DNA of 63,975 nt, the filler included, from Chiloscyllium plagiosum (lineage: Eukaryota): the NCBI RefSeq assembly GCF_004010195.1. It is 4 parts of one record of this genome, joined end to end, with 100 filler letters (N's around TTAATTAATTAA, not from the genome) between each part and the next. Parts side by side here need not be neighbours in the genome. Positions count along the whole stretch, not along the records: positions 1 to 27,994 come from NC_057712.1; positions 28,095 to 48,512 come from NC_057712.1; 2 more parts are not named here. One strand, 5' to 3'. Shown in pieces: positions 25,961 through 39,498 of this stretch. The notes under the pieces are model-generated. The model worked only from the letters and a program-made list of their open reading frames with translations, was not told the origin of the DNA and did no database searches. The number at the start of each line of letters is the position of its first letter. Within the stretch, counting starts at the first letter, position 1. Position numbers and translations under genes: made by a program.

Positions 25961-27994
25961 GAGGGACTCGGCAAGATGGTGGCGATTCTGTAGAACTGCT
26001 GTGGACAGCTCTGCCTAACAGCCAAGGCATACTGGTGTTTTTTGCCATCCCTAGCCAACTTATGTGGTGGAATTATTAGTTTAAAACCTTACAGAACATA
26101 TATTTGTTAATATTTGGGAGTGGGAGGGATGCCAAAGGGAAAAAGAACAAGCAAACAGCAGCAGGGAGGACACTCCCCTGCAGCAGCAGCAGCCTCTCCT
26201 GAACCACCCGGGCACCTGATAGACTCACAGAAAGTTGGGGCTGCGACTGAGGAGATCCGTGGGGAGATTCGTGCCCAGGTCCAACCTATTGCAGCCGTGC
26301 TGCAGAAGCATGAGGAGATTCAGGGCCTCGGGGAGAGGCTGGAGGGTCGAACTAAGGCCTCAGAAGCTGCAATGGAGTCCGCATCCAGTCGTATCAAGGT
26401 GCTGGAGCGAGAGGTGCGGGCCTTGCGAGACCATATCGACGACCTCGAAAATCGAGGTTGGAGGATAAATCTCCGAATTGTTGGGCTCCCTGAAGGTGAA
26501 GAAGGTTAGCTGCCAGTGAGTTTCTTTGAAAACTGGCTGCTGAAGTTTTTGGGCCTTCACACAGAGTCCAGCAGGCTTCAGATGGAAAGGGCTTATCGGG
26601 TTACAGTGCACAAGTCAGGGCCGGTGCAGCGCCCCCGCTCGGTCCTAGTGCACGTCCACTCATATAAGGACAAGCAAAAAGTCAGAAGCTTCCAGATCTC
26701 TGGAAAAAGATCTGCAGGCACTGCTGCACAAGGGGTCAAAAATCATGTTTTTCCAGGATTTCTCTGCAGCTGTAATTCGAAAGAGGAAATCCTTCGATGA
26801 AGTTAAAAAGAGGCTGAAGAACCTGGGCATCCAGTACTCCACGAGATACCCCGCAGTGCTCCATTTCAGCCACGAGGACTCAGTTTATACATTTGACTCA
26901 GTGGATAAAGCTAAAAGCTTTGTATCTACTTTAAAATAGATAGATTGGCCTGAAGAATACAGTTAATGTTTGTTCTCTTTCCTATCTTTCCCCATGTTTT
27001 CCCTTCCTTTTTTAAAAATTCCTTTCTTTCTCCCTAATAATTTCCTTTATGGAAAGGGGGTGAAAAGACCTTGGAATAAGTTGTTCCTTTTTTTTAATAA
27101 CTGGATTTTCTGATGGGAAATTTTGTGGATGTTCTTCGTTGTCTCTCCCCTTTTTTTTGTTTCTTCTGTTTCTCTTTTAGTCACAAATAGGGGTGACATG
27201 AAGCTAGGGATGGGTGGAGTGCTCATCCTGATTTATTCTTTTTTCTGTTGATTTAAGGATCATCTCCTTGTTTTTTTTTTTCCTGGCCGAAGGCTGTGGC
27301 ACAGTCTGGATTTGAAGGAGCTGTGAAGGAGGGGATGGTAGGGTGAGTGCCCCCTATGGGCAGGGGGAAGAGTCTTCCATTCAAGGTTTTATAGTTTTTT
27401 TTTGTAGTGTTTTGGTAGTAATAGTTGTTTATAGTTATGATAGAGTCGTTTTTGTATGTATAGTTCTTCGTCTCTGAGAATCTTTATTTACTTATGCTCG
27501 ATGCTTTGTAAGCAGGGTTCTCCTTCCCAGGTGTTCAAGGGTCTCTGAAAGGGGATATGGTTAAGTGTCTTATTAAATGGTGCACCTGGAACATTAAGGG
27601 AAGTCACTCCCCTGTTAAAAGGAAAAAAAGTGTTTTCTAGCCTTAAGAGGGAAAGGGTTGATATCGCTTTGTTGCAGGAAACCCATCTTGATGATGGGGA
27701 ACACCTGAAATTACAACAGGGGGGTTATGACCGGGTATTCTTTTCATCCTTTATTACTAAAAGTAGAGGATTGGCGGAACTTATCCAGAAAAATCTTCCG
27801 TTCACGTTATTAGAGCAGGTGAAAGATGAGCAGGGACGGTTTGTGATACTTAAAGCCCTGATACATGGGGAGGAATATGGCATTTTAAACGTCTACTGTC
27901 CTCCGGCGCATCCCCTCAAATTTTTGATTAGTGCTTTCTCTAAGTTGAGTGCTTTTAGAACACGGCACATTATTATGGGGGGGATTTTAATTGT
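25961..27994 (+). mobile_element. L1-clade LINE 5' part (5' UTR, ORF1, start of ORF2 endonuclease), cut off by a gap
   Basis: ORF1 with DDLENR..RINLRIVGLPEG and FFQDFSA...RYPA; EN with TWNIKG, LLQETHL, LNVYCPP; caagatggtggcg near the 5' end; related to the 8145-14360 element. Confidence 0.92.
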
Positions 27995-28094
27995 NNNNNN
28001 NNNNNNNNNNNNNNNNNNNNNNNNNNNNNNNNNNNNNNTTAATTAATTAANNNNNNNNNNNNNNNNNNNNNNNNNNNNNNNNNNNNNNNNNNNN
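27995..28094. other. Assembly gap with artificial TTAATTAATTAA linker
   Basis: N-run, ttaattaattaa, N-run; the same construct occurs at 48513-48612 and 56425-56524; a plain N gap lies at 49827-50483. Confidence 0.97.
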
Positions 28095-29363
28095 CCCCAC
28101 CCCCACTCCGGCCTATCACCCTCACCTTATCACCCTCACCTTAACCTCCTTCCACCTATCGCATTTCCAACGCCCCTCCCCCAAGTCCCTCCTCCCTACC
28201 TTTTATCTTAGCCTGCTTGGCACACTTTCCTCATTCCTGAAGAAGGGCTCATGCCCGAAACGTCGATTCAATCTTACCAACAAGTTGAAATAGTCTACAT
28301 ACTTAGGAGGGTTTACCAACAAGTTGAAATAGTCTACATACTTAGGAGGGTTTTGAATAAAGATTTGTTTGCACAGATGGAAGGTGGGTTGCAAAAGACT
28401 CCATGGAAGGCATGACATGATTCAGGACAATGTCTGATATAAAGATCAAGGATACCTCTAAGAAGGAATTGCCTGGCTTGGAATTACAGGTTTCTGCTAA
28501 AATAGAAAATATTTATTTCATCAGGTCTGCTGTCTTTCAAGAAGGAAATTCATAAAATTAAAGATCCTATCGCCACTCTCAGATAATGTAATAGGTAAAT
28601 TATCTGTTTCAGTAAGAAGAATTTCTTTGTAAAGGAAATTCAAAAGATCAAAAGTCTCTCTTTAGTGCAGTGAAACATTTCAGATCTTGAACAGACTGAA
28701 GGACAATAGCCCTCAAGCCAAAGTCCTAATAATCTTCAAAGTCTGAAAAGAACATGTTCAGAAAGAATTGAGAAACTTTTAGGCTGTCTCAAACTATGAA
28801 GCTGGGAGATGTGGTCATGGTGATAGAACTGTAAACTGTCTATGGGAAAAACGCTGAGAGGGAAACGTTGCATAAAGTTACGGTTCTGAAAAGGTTGATG
28901 CTAAAAACTATGTTAAGCTCTACCTAATCTGATAACATCACAATTACTTGAGTGGGGAAAGGCAGACTATCTTGGGATCTTGAAAGGGAAAGTTATCCTG
29001 TTCCTTCCAGCAGTCGAGTTACAATGTCTATCTTATAATATAACTTGTATCTGATTGCTATCAAGCAATAAACTTTGTTTGCTGAGTAAGTCTTAGGGAT
29101 GTACAACACAGAAAGAGGCCCTTCGGTCTAACTCATCCACTCCGACCAGATTTCCTAAATTACTCCAGTCCCATTTGCCAGCATTTGGCCCATATCATCC
29201 CTCAAAACACTTGCTATTCATATACCTATGCAGGTGCCTTTTAAATGTTATAATTGTACCAGCTCCTACCAATTCCTCTGGTAGCTCATTCCATATAGGC
29301 ACCACTCTGTGTGTGGTCCCTTTTAAATCTTTCCCCCTCACCCTAAGTCAAAAGCATCTTCTT

Positions 29364-32300
29364 AGAACATAGAACAATATAACGCAGAACAAGGTCCTTT
29401 GGCCCTCAATATTGCGCCGACCTGTGAACTATTCTCAGCTTGTCCCCCTACACTATCCCATCATCATCCATGTGCTTATCCAAGGATTGTTTAAATCTCC
29501 CTAATGTGGTTGAGTTGACTACATTAGCAGGGAGGGCATTCCACGCCCTTACCACTCTCTGCGTAAAGAACCTGCCTCTGACATCTGTCTTAAATCAATC
29601 ACCCCTCAATTTGTATTTATGCCCCCTCGTACAAGCTGACGTCATCATCCTAGGAAAAAGACTTTCACTGTCTACCCTATCTAATCCTCTGATAATCTTG
29701 TATGTCTCTATCAAATCCCCCCTTAGCCTTATTCTTTCCAATGAGAACAGACCCAAGTCTCTTCAGCCTTTTCTCATAAGACCTTCCCTCCAGACCAGGC
29801 AACATCCTGGTAAATCTCCTCTGTACCTTTTCCAATGTTTCCACATCCTTCCCAAAATATGGCGACCAGAACTGTACACAATATTCCAAACGAGGCCGCA
29901 CTAACATTCTGTATAGCCGCAGCATAATATTCGGCTCCGGAACTTAATCCCTCTACAAATGAAACCTAACACATTATATGCCTTCTTAACAGCACTATCA
30001 ACCTGGGTGGCAACTTTCAGGCATCTGTGTACATGGACTCCAAGATCCCTCTGCACATCCACACGACCAAGAATCTTTCCATTGACACAGTACTTCCACA
30101 GTCCAAAAATGTGCAGGTTAGGTGAATTGGCCATGCTAATATTGCCCGTAGTGTTAGGTGAAGGGGTAAATGTAGGGGAATGGGTCTGGGTGGGTTGCTC
30201 TTGGGAGGGTTGGTGTGGACTTGTTGGGCCGAAGGGCCTGTTTCCACACTGTAAGTTATCTAATCAAATCTAATCTACTCTGCCTTCCTGTTATTCTTCC
30301 CAAAGTGCATCACCTCACATTTAGCTGCATTGAACTCCATTTGCCACACCTCAGCCCAATCCTGCAGTTTATCCAAGTCCCCCTGCAATCTGTAACATTC
30401 TTCTAAACTGTCATTATCCACCGACTTTAGTGTCATCTGCAAATTTACTAATCCATCCACTTATGCCTGCATCAAAGTCATTTATAAAAATGACAAACAG
30501 CAGTGGTCCCAAAACAGATCCTTGTGGCACACCACTAGTAACCGGACTCCAGGCTGAATATTTTCCATCAACCACCACTCACTGCCTTCTTGCAGAAAGC
30601 CAGTTTCTAATCCAAACTGCTAAATCACCCTTAATTCCATGCCTCTGCATTTTCTCCAACAGCCTACTATGTGGAACCTTATCAAAGGCTTTACTGAAGT
30701 CCATGTACACCACGTCAACTGCCCTACTCTCATCCACATGCTTGGTCACCTTCTCAGAAAACTCAATGTGGTTTGTGAGACACGACCTGCCTGTAACGAA
30801 ATCATGCTAACTATCTGAAATCAACTTGTTGCTTACTAGATGATTATAAATCTCATCTCTTATAATCCTTTCCAAAACCTTTTCTACAATAGAAGTAAGG
30901 CTCTCTGGTCGATAATTACCTGGGTCATCTCTACTGCACTTCTTGAACAAGGGCACAACATTTGCAATCATCCAGTCCTCTGACACTAAACCTGTAGACA
31001 ACGATAACTCAAATATCAAAGCCAAAGGCTCTGCTATCTCCTCCTTAGCTTCCCAGACATTCCTCGGATAGATCCCATCCGGCCCAGGGGACTTGTTTGC
31101 TTTCACTCCTTCTAGAATTGATAACACCTGTTCGTAACTAACCTCGATCCTTTCTAGTCTAATATCTCATACCTCATTCTTCTCCTCTACAATATTCTCC
31201 TATTCCTGAGTGAATACCGATAAGAAATGTTCGTTTAGCACCTCTCCGATCTCCACAGGGTCCACCTTCAACTTCCCACTTCTGTCTTTGACTAGCTCTA
31301 TTTCTACCTAATCATCCTTTTATTCCTCACATACCTATAGAAAGCTTTAGGGTTCTCCTTTATTCTATTTGCTAAAGACTGCTCGTGTCCTCTCTTTGCA
31401 CTTCTTAACTCTCTCTTTAAATCCTTCCTAGCTGATCTGTAACTCTTCATCGCCTTATCTGTACCATCTTGCCTCATCAACACATAAGCCTCCTTCTTCT
31501 GCTTAACAAGAGATGCAATTTCTGTAGCAAACCATGGTTCCCTTCCCTTATCACTTCCTCCCTGCCTGACAGGGACATATCTATCAAGGACATGCAATAT
31601 CTGTTCCTTAAACCAGCTCCACATGTCTATATCCGCTGCATTTTGCTACTCCATTCAATGCATCCTAATTCCTGCGTAATCACATTATACTTGCCCTTGC
31701 CCCATCGGTAACTCTTGACCTGTGGCATGTACCTATCCCTTTCCATCACTAAACTAAATGTAACTGAATTATGGTCACTCTCTTCAAAGTGCTCACCTAC
31801 AACTAAATCAAACCCCTTCGCCTGGTTCATTACCAAGCACCAGATCCAGTGTGGCCTCCCCTCTTGTTGGCCCTTCGACATACTGTGTCAGGAAACCGTC
31901 CTGTACACATTGGACAAAAACTGATCCATCCGACGTACTAGCGACGTACTAGAGTCATAGCATTTCCAGTCAGTGTTGGGGAAGTTAAAGCCCCCATAAT
32001 GACCACTCTGTTCCTTTCACTCCTGCCCAGAATAATGTTGCTAATCCTCTCTTCCATCTCCCTGGAACTCTGCGGAGGCCGATAAAAAACTCCAAGCAAT
32101 GTGACCTCTCCTCTCCTGTTTCTAACCTCAGCCCACACTACCTCAGTAGAGGAGTCCTTGTCAAAAGTTCTTTCAGCCACTGTTATATTATCCTTGACTA
32201 ACAAGGCCACACCTCTCCCTCTTTTACCGCCTTGCCTGTTCTTAATGAAAGATCTATACCATGGAACCTGCAACATCCATTCCTCACCCTGCTCTATCCA

Positions 32301-33775
32301 TATCTCCGAAATGGCCACAACATCGAATTCCCAGATACCTATCCATGCTGCAAGTTCACCTACCTTATTTCAGACACTTCTGGCATTGAAATAAACACAA
32401 TTCAAACCAGTTTGCTGTCTGCCAGCACATTCATGTGACCCTGAAATCCTGTCCCTGTCCTTCCTACTCTCATTCTCCTTTGCACTGCAACTACACCTCC
32501 GGTTCCCATCCCCCTGCTGAGCTAGTCTACACCCACCCGAATAGCACCAGCAAATGTCCCACCCAGGATATTAGTACCCCTCTGGTTCAAGTGAAGATCA
32601 TCCTGTTTGTAGAGGTCCCACCTTCCCCAGAATGAGCCCCAATTATCCAAATACCTGGCACCTGGGAGGCAACACACCAACCGTGAGTCTCATTCGCTCC
32701 CAACAAACCTTCTATCTGACCCTCTAACTATTGAGTCCCCAATGACTAACACTCTCCTCCTTTCCCTCCTTCCCTTCTGTGCAACAGGGACAGGCTCTGT
32801 GCCACAGACCTGGGCCCCACTGCTTGCCCCTGGTAAGTCGCCCCCCTCAACAGTATCCAAAACGGTATACATGTTTTTCAGGGGAACGACCACAGGGGAT
32901 CCCTCCACTGACTGTGTTTTCCCCCTTCGAACAGCCACCCAGCTTTCTTTGTGCCTAGGAGTAATTACATCTCTGTAACTCCTATCTATCCGTGGGTGGC
33001 ACGGTGGCACAGTGGTTAGCACTGCTGCCTCATAGCGCCAGAGACCCGGGTTCAATTCCCGCCTCAGGCGACTGACTGTGTGGAGTTTGCACATTCTCCC
33101 CGTGTCTGCGTGGGTTTCCTCCGGGTGCTCCGGTTTCCTCCCACAGTCCAAAGATGTGCAGGTCAGGTGAATTGGCCATGCTAAATTGCCCGTAGTGTTA
33201 GGTAAGGGGTAGATGTAGGGGTATGGGTGGGTTGCGCTTCGGCGGGGCAGTGTGGACTTGTTGGGCCAAAGGGCCTGTTTCCACACTGTAAGTAATCTAA
33301 TCTAATCACAGACTCTGCCTCCTGAACGATCCGAAGTTCATTCACCTCCAGCTCCAGTTCCCTAACATGGTCTTGGAGGAGCGAGAGTTGAGTGCACTTC
33401 CTGCAGATGTACTTGGATGGGACACCAATGGTGTCCCTGACCTCAAACATCCTGCAGGAGGGACATTGCTCTCCCTGCACTGCCATCCCTGCTAGTCCCC
33501 TAGTGACAAAGTAAAAAAGAAGAGACGCTTACCTGATGTGTCCTTGCTCTTTAAGGTTAGAGGAGGTGGTTGGGTGAGAGACCCTACAAAGGTAGGGTCT
33601 CGGGTTGAGAAAACACTGACTTATATAGCTGGACGGAAACAAAAGAAAGAAGTCCCTCCTTTCCCAGAAACCTCTGCTCTCTGACTTCAAATATAAAAGC
33701 TCAAATCAGTGGCTCACCACTCCCGGCAGGCCCCTGGTCCAAGCTCCCGCCCTTCGAGTTGCTGCTGCCGCTGAA
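29364..33775 (-). mobile_element. Near full-length decayed CR1 LINE (ORF1 zinc-finger/esterase, ORF2 EN-RT) with nested SINEs
   Basis: ORF1 MAVQGEQCPSC...CRKC, VIGDSIVRG; EN AISEIW, LGVFYRPP; RT motifs; tail agaacatagaac at about 29364; esterase region partly deleted near 32655. Confidence 0.93.
32993..33306 (+). mobile_element. Intact-looking HE1/V-SINE (tRNA-derived) inserted in CR1 ORF1
   Basis: A box tggcacagtgg, B box ggttcaattcc, V-domain, CR1-like 3' end and (aatct)n tail. Confidence 0.92.
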
Positions 33776-34353
33776 AAACATTCATGCCAACAATCTATCT
33801 AACCACATCTTGGCAGTTGTTAGTATTGCATGCTCATACAAAAGAAATATCTTTCAATTGCACTTTGAAAGGACCAGGTCTGATCCTGTGACTACGCTCG
33901 TTGCTCATACACTCTACAAGTAGAAGAAATAGCTTCTTCCAATCTACAGTAACTGTTCTCCTTAATATCTTGAAAGTACCAAATCATCCTTTAACTTTCC
34001 AAATTCAAATGAAATACAACCAATTTATATGATCTCTCCTTGTAATTCAATTCTTGATGTCCACATACCTTCCTATAAACTCACATTACAATATATCTTT
34101 CTTAAGGTGCAGTGCCCAGAATGGAGCTTAGTAAAAATTTTCGCTTATCCAAACACTTATATGAAGCATGAAAATGTACAGCTATTGAATAACAATAGCC
34201 TATATCCTCAAGAATAATGAAAATTAAGATGGTGAAAAATTCCCAAATCTGGTAATAACAATGAACTAAAAACTATGGATTGCAAATTAGTGTTTGTAAT
34301 ATTACTGAGAGAACTTCTTGCTACCAAATATTTTGTCCACATTATTATGACAC

Positions 34354-35085
34354 TGTGGTGAACCCCTCTGTTAAACAAAACAGCGAGAAAAACTCACCTC
34401 ACCTCGTAATCTGTTAAACTATGAGTGACAGAGAACTCCCAAATTCCAATATTTAAAGAAAACAATATCAACTTATTATTTAAGTCTAAAAGTGAACATT
34501 AAACAACAACTATTCACAAGTCTAATCCCTCATTTCTCTTAACTGCTTATTACCTGCCTCCAACTCTATAACTATATACTCTTCCAATAAAACTCTTATT
34601 AAAATTACATCAACCTAATTTCAAAACCATACATTGGCTGTTGTCTTTGGTATCTTCCTTCTTTCAGCTGAAGATCTTCCTGGGTTGTCTGCTTTCTTTT
34701 TACTGTGAAGATGTTTCATATGAAAAGGTACCTTTGATAGAGAATGTTTCAATGTCTTGGGTCTCTCTCAATGGCAGTTGCTCTGTTTGATTTTCAAACT
34801 GCTGCCTTTTTTGTGCCCTCAACATCAGATTATCTCATTGGCTTGATGTTGGCAAAACAATAAATTTGAACCTGATTGGGTTTTAGTATCCTGGGGCATA
34901 CGTTTAACCGATTGGTTAAATTTGAATTGTTGTCAAAACAGCAACCAACTCAGGTATCTATTTCACAGCCAAATGTTACATATTTTCAATTTTCCAGTGG
35001 ACTCAGATTGCTTTTGTAAGCTCTCAGTGCAGAACAGCATTCACTCTCTCTTAAAGGTACAGTACCTGCCTTCAACTTCATCACA
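34354..35085 (-). mobile_element. LTR (TG...CA) adjoining the Gypsy remnant
   Basis: Imperfect inverted termini tgtggtgaa and ttcatcaca; no TSD seen. Confidence 0.7.
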
Positions 35086-35155
35086 ATATTTTAATGGAGG
35101 GGCACATACATTTGTTTTTTTTAAAGTTTATTACCAGTTTTGCTTCTTGTAATCG

Positions 35156-37660
35156 TTAAAAGAGCTCTGCCAACTGTACCATGTGATCTTTCCATGACTC
35201 ATTAGACATTAGTACATCATCCAGATAAACTGCACGGTTTGTTAATCCAGCCACAACTCTGTTCATGAGTCTTTGGGATATAGCTGGTGTGTTCTTCATT
35301 CCAAAAGGCATCACTTTGAATTGATATAGCCCATTTGGGGTTATAAATACAGAAACATCTTTTGCTTTCTCTGATAAGGGTACCTCCCAATAACCACACA
35401 TTAAAAGTCCAACTTTGTGATGTAAGAGTCCAACTTGCTCTATACAGTCCTCCAATCTTGGTATTGAGTATGAATCTGATTTTGTTACAGCGTCCAACAG
35501 TCCCCACAAAATCATTGAGTCCTGTTAGTTTGGAAATTAACACAATCAGTGAACTCCACTGATATCTTCATTGAGCATCGTATCCACTTCCTTCTGGACC
35601 TGTGTGCCTTTGAGAGGATTAAGTCCACAGGGGTGTAGTTTTATTGGAACAGTAATCCCTACTTCTACTTCAGGCACAATAGTATTAGTCCTCCTCATCT
35701 TATTCCTACATATGTCCTCGTACTGCTGCAACAAACCTTTCACCTGGGTTCTTTGCTCCCAAGACAGATAGTTCACTAACCTAGCCCACTCTTCAAGGAC
35801 TTCCTCATTATTTAATGTATTTTGAGGCATATCAACCTACACGACATCTGGATTTGATTCCTCACCCTTCAGGGCAGTAACTAACATTTGTTTCTCCAGT
35901 TCTCTGTCTCTATTATAATAAGATTTCAATATATTCACATGACACACTCAATACAGTTTTTTCTATCTAGCATCTTTACTGGACAGTTTACCTGACTTAG
36001 CCTTTTCTCAATTTGATAGGAACCACTAAACTTGGCTTTGAAGGGATCTCCTACAACTGGTAACAATACTAATGCATCATCCCCTTTGGGAAAATGTCTT
36101 AAATTTAGAGTTTTTATCTGCCACCTGCTTCATTCTATCCTGTGCCCTCTTCCAGCGCTGTTTAGCTAACTCACCTACCTGATTTAATCTCTCCCTCACC
36201 AAAGATACATAATCCAAATGTGAGATCTCCGACTTCGATTCTGTCAACTTTTCTTTAATTAATTTCAAAGGCCCATTCACTTCATGTCCGAATATTGACT
36301 TAAAGGGAGTGAACTGAGCAGATTTGTTTGAAAATAATACAAATGGGATTCCCTTATCCCAATCATGTGGGTAATCCTGACAGTATGCTCTTAACATGGA
36401 CTTCAGGGTCTGATACCACCTTCCCAAAGCTCCCTGGGATTCAGGATGGTAGGCACTTGATTTAAAGTGCTGTTTGGTTAAGCTATCCATGACTTCCTTA
36501 AACAGTCTAGCAGTAAAATGTGAGCCTTGATCCGACTGATCTCTCTGGGTAGCCCATACCCAGAAGAAAGCTATTAACTCCTCTACCACCTTTTTTGCCT
36601 TAATACTCCATAATGGAATTGCCTCCAGAAATCTGGTTGACACATCCATTATGGTTAGCAAGTACTGGTTCACACTTCTCGGTTTAGGAAGGGGACCTAC
36701 ACAATGAATCACAACCCACATAAAAGGTTCTTCAAATGTGGGAATTGGCAACTAAGGGGCTGGTTTTATTACCACCTATGGCTTACCTACCATTTGGCAT
36801 GTATGATGTGCACGGCAAAATTTAACCATATTCCTGTGCTGTCCAGGCCAATAGAAGTGCTTTTGTACTTTAGCCTGAGACTTCCTTATACCTAGGAGGA
36901 GAAAGTGAGGTCTGCAGATGCTGGAGATCAGAGCTGAAAATGGGTTGCTGGAAAATCGACGTTCCTGAAGAAGGGCTTATGCCCGAAACGTCGATTCTCC
37001 TGTTCCCTGGATGCTGCCTGACCTGCTGCGCTTTTCCAGCAACACATTTTCACTTCCTTATACCTAGGTGACCTCCTACAGGTAGTTCATGTGCTATTCA
37101 CAACGCTTGTTGTCTGTCTGCTACCGGCAACACAATCTGGTGCACTTCTGCCTATTTCTCCTCTGCACCAACCTGCCATGGTCTCTATTTTTGTCTTAGG
37201 CTTCTATCTTTAAGATAATAACCCTCAGGAATACATTTTGATTCCTTTTCTGAGTATGCATCAATGTATATATCTTTTATCATGTCACCTTTCTGTTGTA
37301 AGTCCACTTGTCTTTTAGGAGTAAACACTTCTATCTGACCCTCTGCCTGTTCAGGTTTTTCGTGCACCATTACATCAAACAGGGTGTCTGCTAACTGAAC
37401 CTCAACTCTTTTGTCTCCCTCTTTAGTTTTTGCTTCTTGCTGTGTCTTATGATAGTGGGATCTTGTTACTAAACAGTCTGGAAAAATTGAAGGGGTATTT
37501 TTCTTTTAACTCCTCAGTTCCATGGTCTTCGTTTGGCTTCTCCACAACAAGGGGTGTCACTCCCACCTTAGATCCTGCTAAATCATTCCCAAGAACAAAC
37601 TGTACTCCTGTAACTAACACTCTGTCAATCACTCCTACTGTTGCTTCCCCAATCTTGATT
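35156..37660 (-). mobile_element. Gmr1-type Gypsy LTR retrotransposon pol remnant (PR-IN-RT order)
   Basis: In element orientation: VLGNDLAG (about 37580), integrase zinc-finger region, integrase core (CVGPLP, SDQGSHFT, SSAYHPESQG; 36077-36751), then RT (YSIPRLEDC, FKVMPFGMKN, VYLDD; 35156-35830). Confidence 0.85.
36897..37051. mobile_element. Short hammerhead-bearing PLE-terminus insert in the Gypsy integrase
   Basis: 17-bp TSD acttccttatacctagg at 36880-36896 and 37052-37068; core at 36965-36992. Confidence 0.88.
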
Positions 37661-39498
37661 TGGATCTCCAACCTGAAAAAATTCCAGAAGATTTGTCAAG
37701 CATGTTTTCCCTTTAGTAAATCCATGCTGACGAGAACTGATTATGTCACTGCTTTCATAATGCTCAGTTATTACATCTTTAATAGTTGACTCCAGCATTT
37801 TCCTCGCCACAGTCAGGCCATCTGGCTTATAATTCCCGGTTTTCCTTCTCCCTCCTGTTATAAAGTGTGGAGTTACATTAGCTATCCTCCAATCCATTGG
37901 AATTCTTCCAGAATCTCAAGAATGCTGGAAAATGATCACAAATGCATCTGCTATTTCTAGGGTCACTGCCTTAAGTACACTGGGATGCAATGCATCAGGC
38001 CTTGGGGACTTACCAGATTTTAATTCCAACAAGATGCACTGCAGCAATTCATCAATGCTCCTTAGATAATACCTTCCAAACCCACAAACAATTCAATCTA
38101 GAAGGACAAGGACAGCAGGTACATGGGAACACAACCCCCTGGAAGTCCCCTTCCAAGCCACTCACCATCCTGACTTGGAAATTTATCACCGTTCCTTCAC
38201 TATCACTGGGTCAAAATCCTGAATGCCCTCCCTAAGGGAATTGTGGGTGAACCTACAGCACAAGGATAGCATTTCACCACCACCTTCTCAAGGGCAGCTA
38301 GAGACAGGTAATAAATGCTGGCCAGCTAGTGACAATCCAGTTTAAATACTATTTTAATAATGTGTAAAATCTTAATTACTGCTGTTTACTGCTGTTAATC
38401 TCTCCGTCCATTGAAAATTAGCTATTCAGATGGGTGTTGAATTCCTTCAGAAACTAATTGCTGTTGAAGAAATTAAAAACATAAAATGTAATTTAAATTT
38501 CTGTCTCACCTCCTTCTCTATCATTCCAATCCTTTTTATTCCTTCTATCTCTGTATTTGTATCTGATTTGGCATTGAATCCCACAAGCTTAATTTACACT
38601 TTGTTTCAATATTTGTGATTCTTAGTTCTTAATCCTTCAATCTGAATGGTTAAGTAAATCTGCAGCTGACTGCCCTGTGTTCTTTCAAGGTAACATTTTT
38701 AAAATTTGCGCATTAGCATCTCACTGCCAAAAACAAATCGGAAATTAAAAGTTAATTGGATGGAACATTTTCTTCAAAGATCTGGTGCGACTTCTAAATC
38801 CCCAATGGTTTCCCAAAATCAGAGGAAGCAAGTGATTGATTTTCACAACTTCATAAAATGCTATCCACTAATGTGTGCAAAATAATATAATTGTTTCAAA
38901 AAGAAAAACAATTGGAGGAAATTTGAATTGCCTGTAAGAATTTCCCTCAGACACAATTTCCTATAATTAAGCAAGAGCAACAGAAGAAAGATAGAGCATA
39001 AGGACAAACACATTATAGGCCCAGGAATGCATAATTTTCATTCTGTGGCTAGGAGGTTGGGAATGCGTCGTGTACAAAACGCAACACCATACTGAAGAAG
39101 GTCAGATGCCCCATTTTAAATGATGGATGGAAACCACCTTCCGCACATCATTTTTACCTGTCAGTGTGGGCTTTTGGAAACCTATTAAAAACATCCTGGG
39201 TCTGTATCTTTGTGAAGAAAGAGGAAAGCCCACTGAGGAGTCACAAACAGGCAAGTGTAAAATGTTTCAAATGTCACGATGATGTACAGTATTGAAATGT
39301 TTATGTGTTTAAAATGTAGTGATTCATCATCGATATTTATCTTTTAAAGGTAAATTGACCTGTCAGTGTCTGGTTGAAAAGAAAGTTAGTTTTGAAGATA
39401 AAAATAGTTGACCTTTTGCTCCCTTACATTCATTGACAAATTGAAGAATGACCTTATACACATTGATTTAGTCATGAGTGGCATAGATAAGGTAAATT

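Noticed and set aside
27995..28094. TTAATTAATTAA palindrome within N-runs (also at 48.5 and 56.4 kb)
   Set aside because: The same construct appears in three gaps and places stops in all six frames, so it is a scaffolding linker.
28274..28352. 39-bp tandem duplication
   Set aside because: Only two copies, beside a PLE end and close to a gap; likely a local duplication or assembly effect.
32993..33065. tRNA gene
   Set aside because: The A/B boxes are the head of a V-SINE and continue into the V-domain and LINE-like tail.
39157..39250. Minus-strand ...GFQKPTLTG|GTAAAA as the missing SAM N-terminal exon
   Set aside because: It has the right phase and a loose F....TG match, but lacks both conserved tryptophans and the correct spacing.
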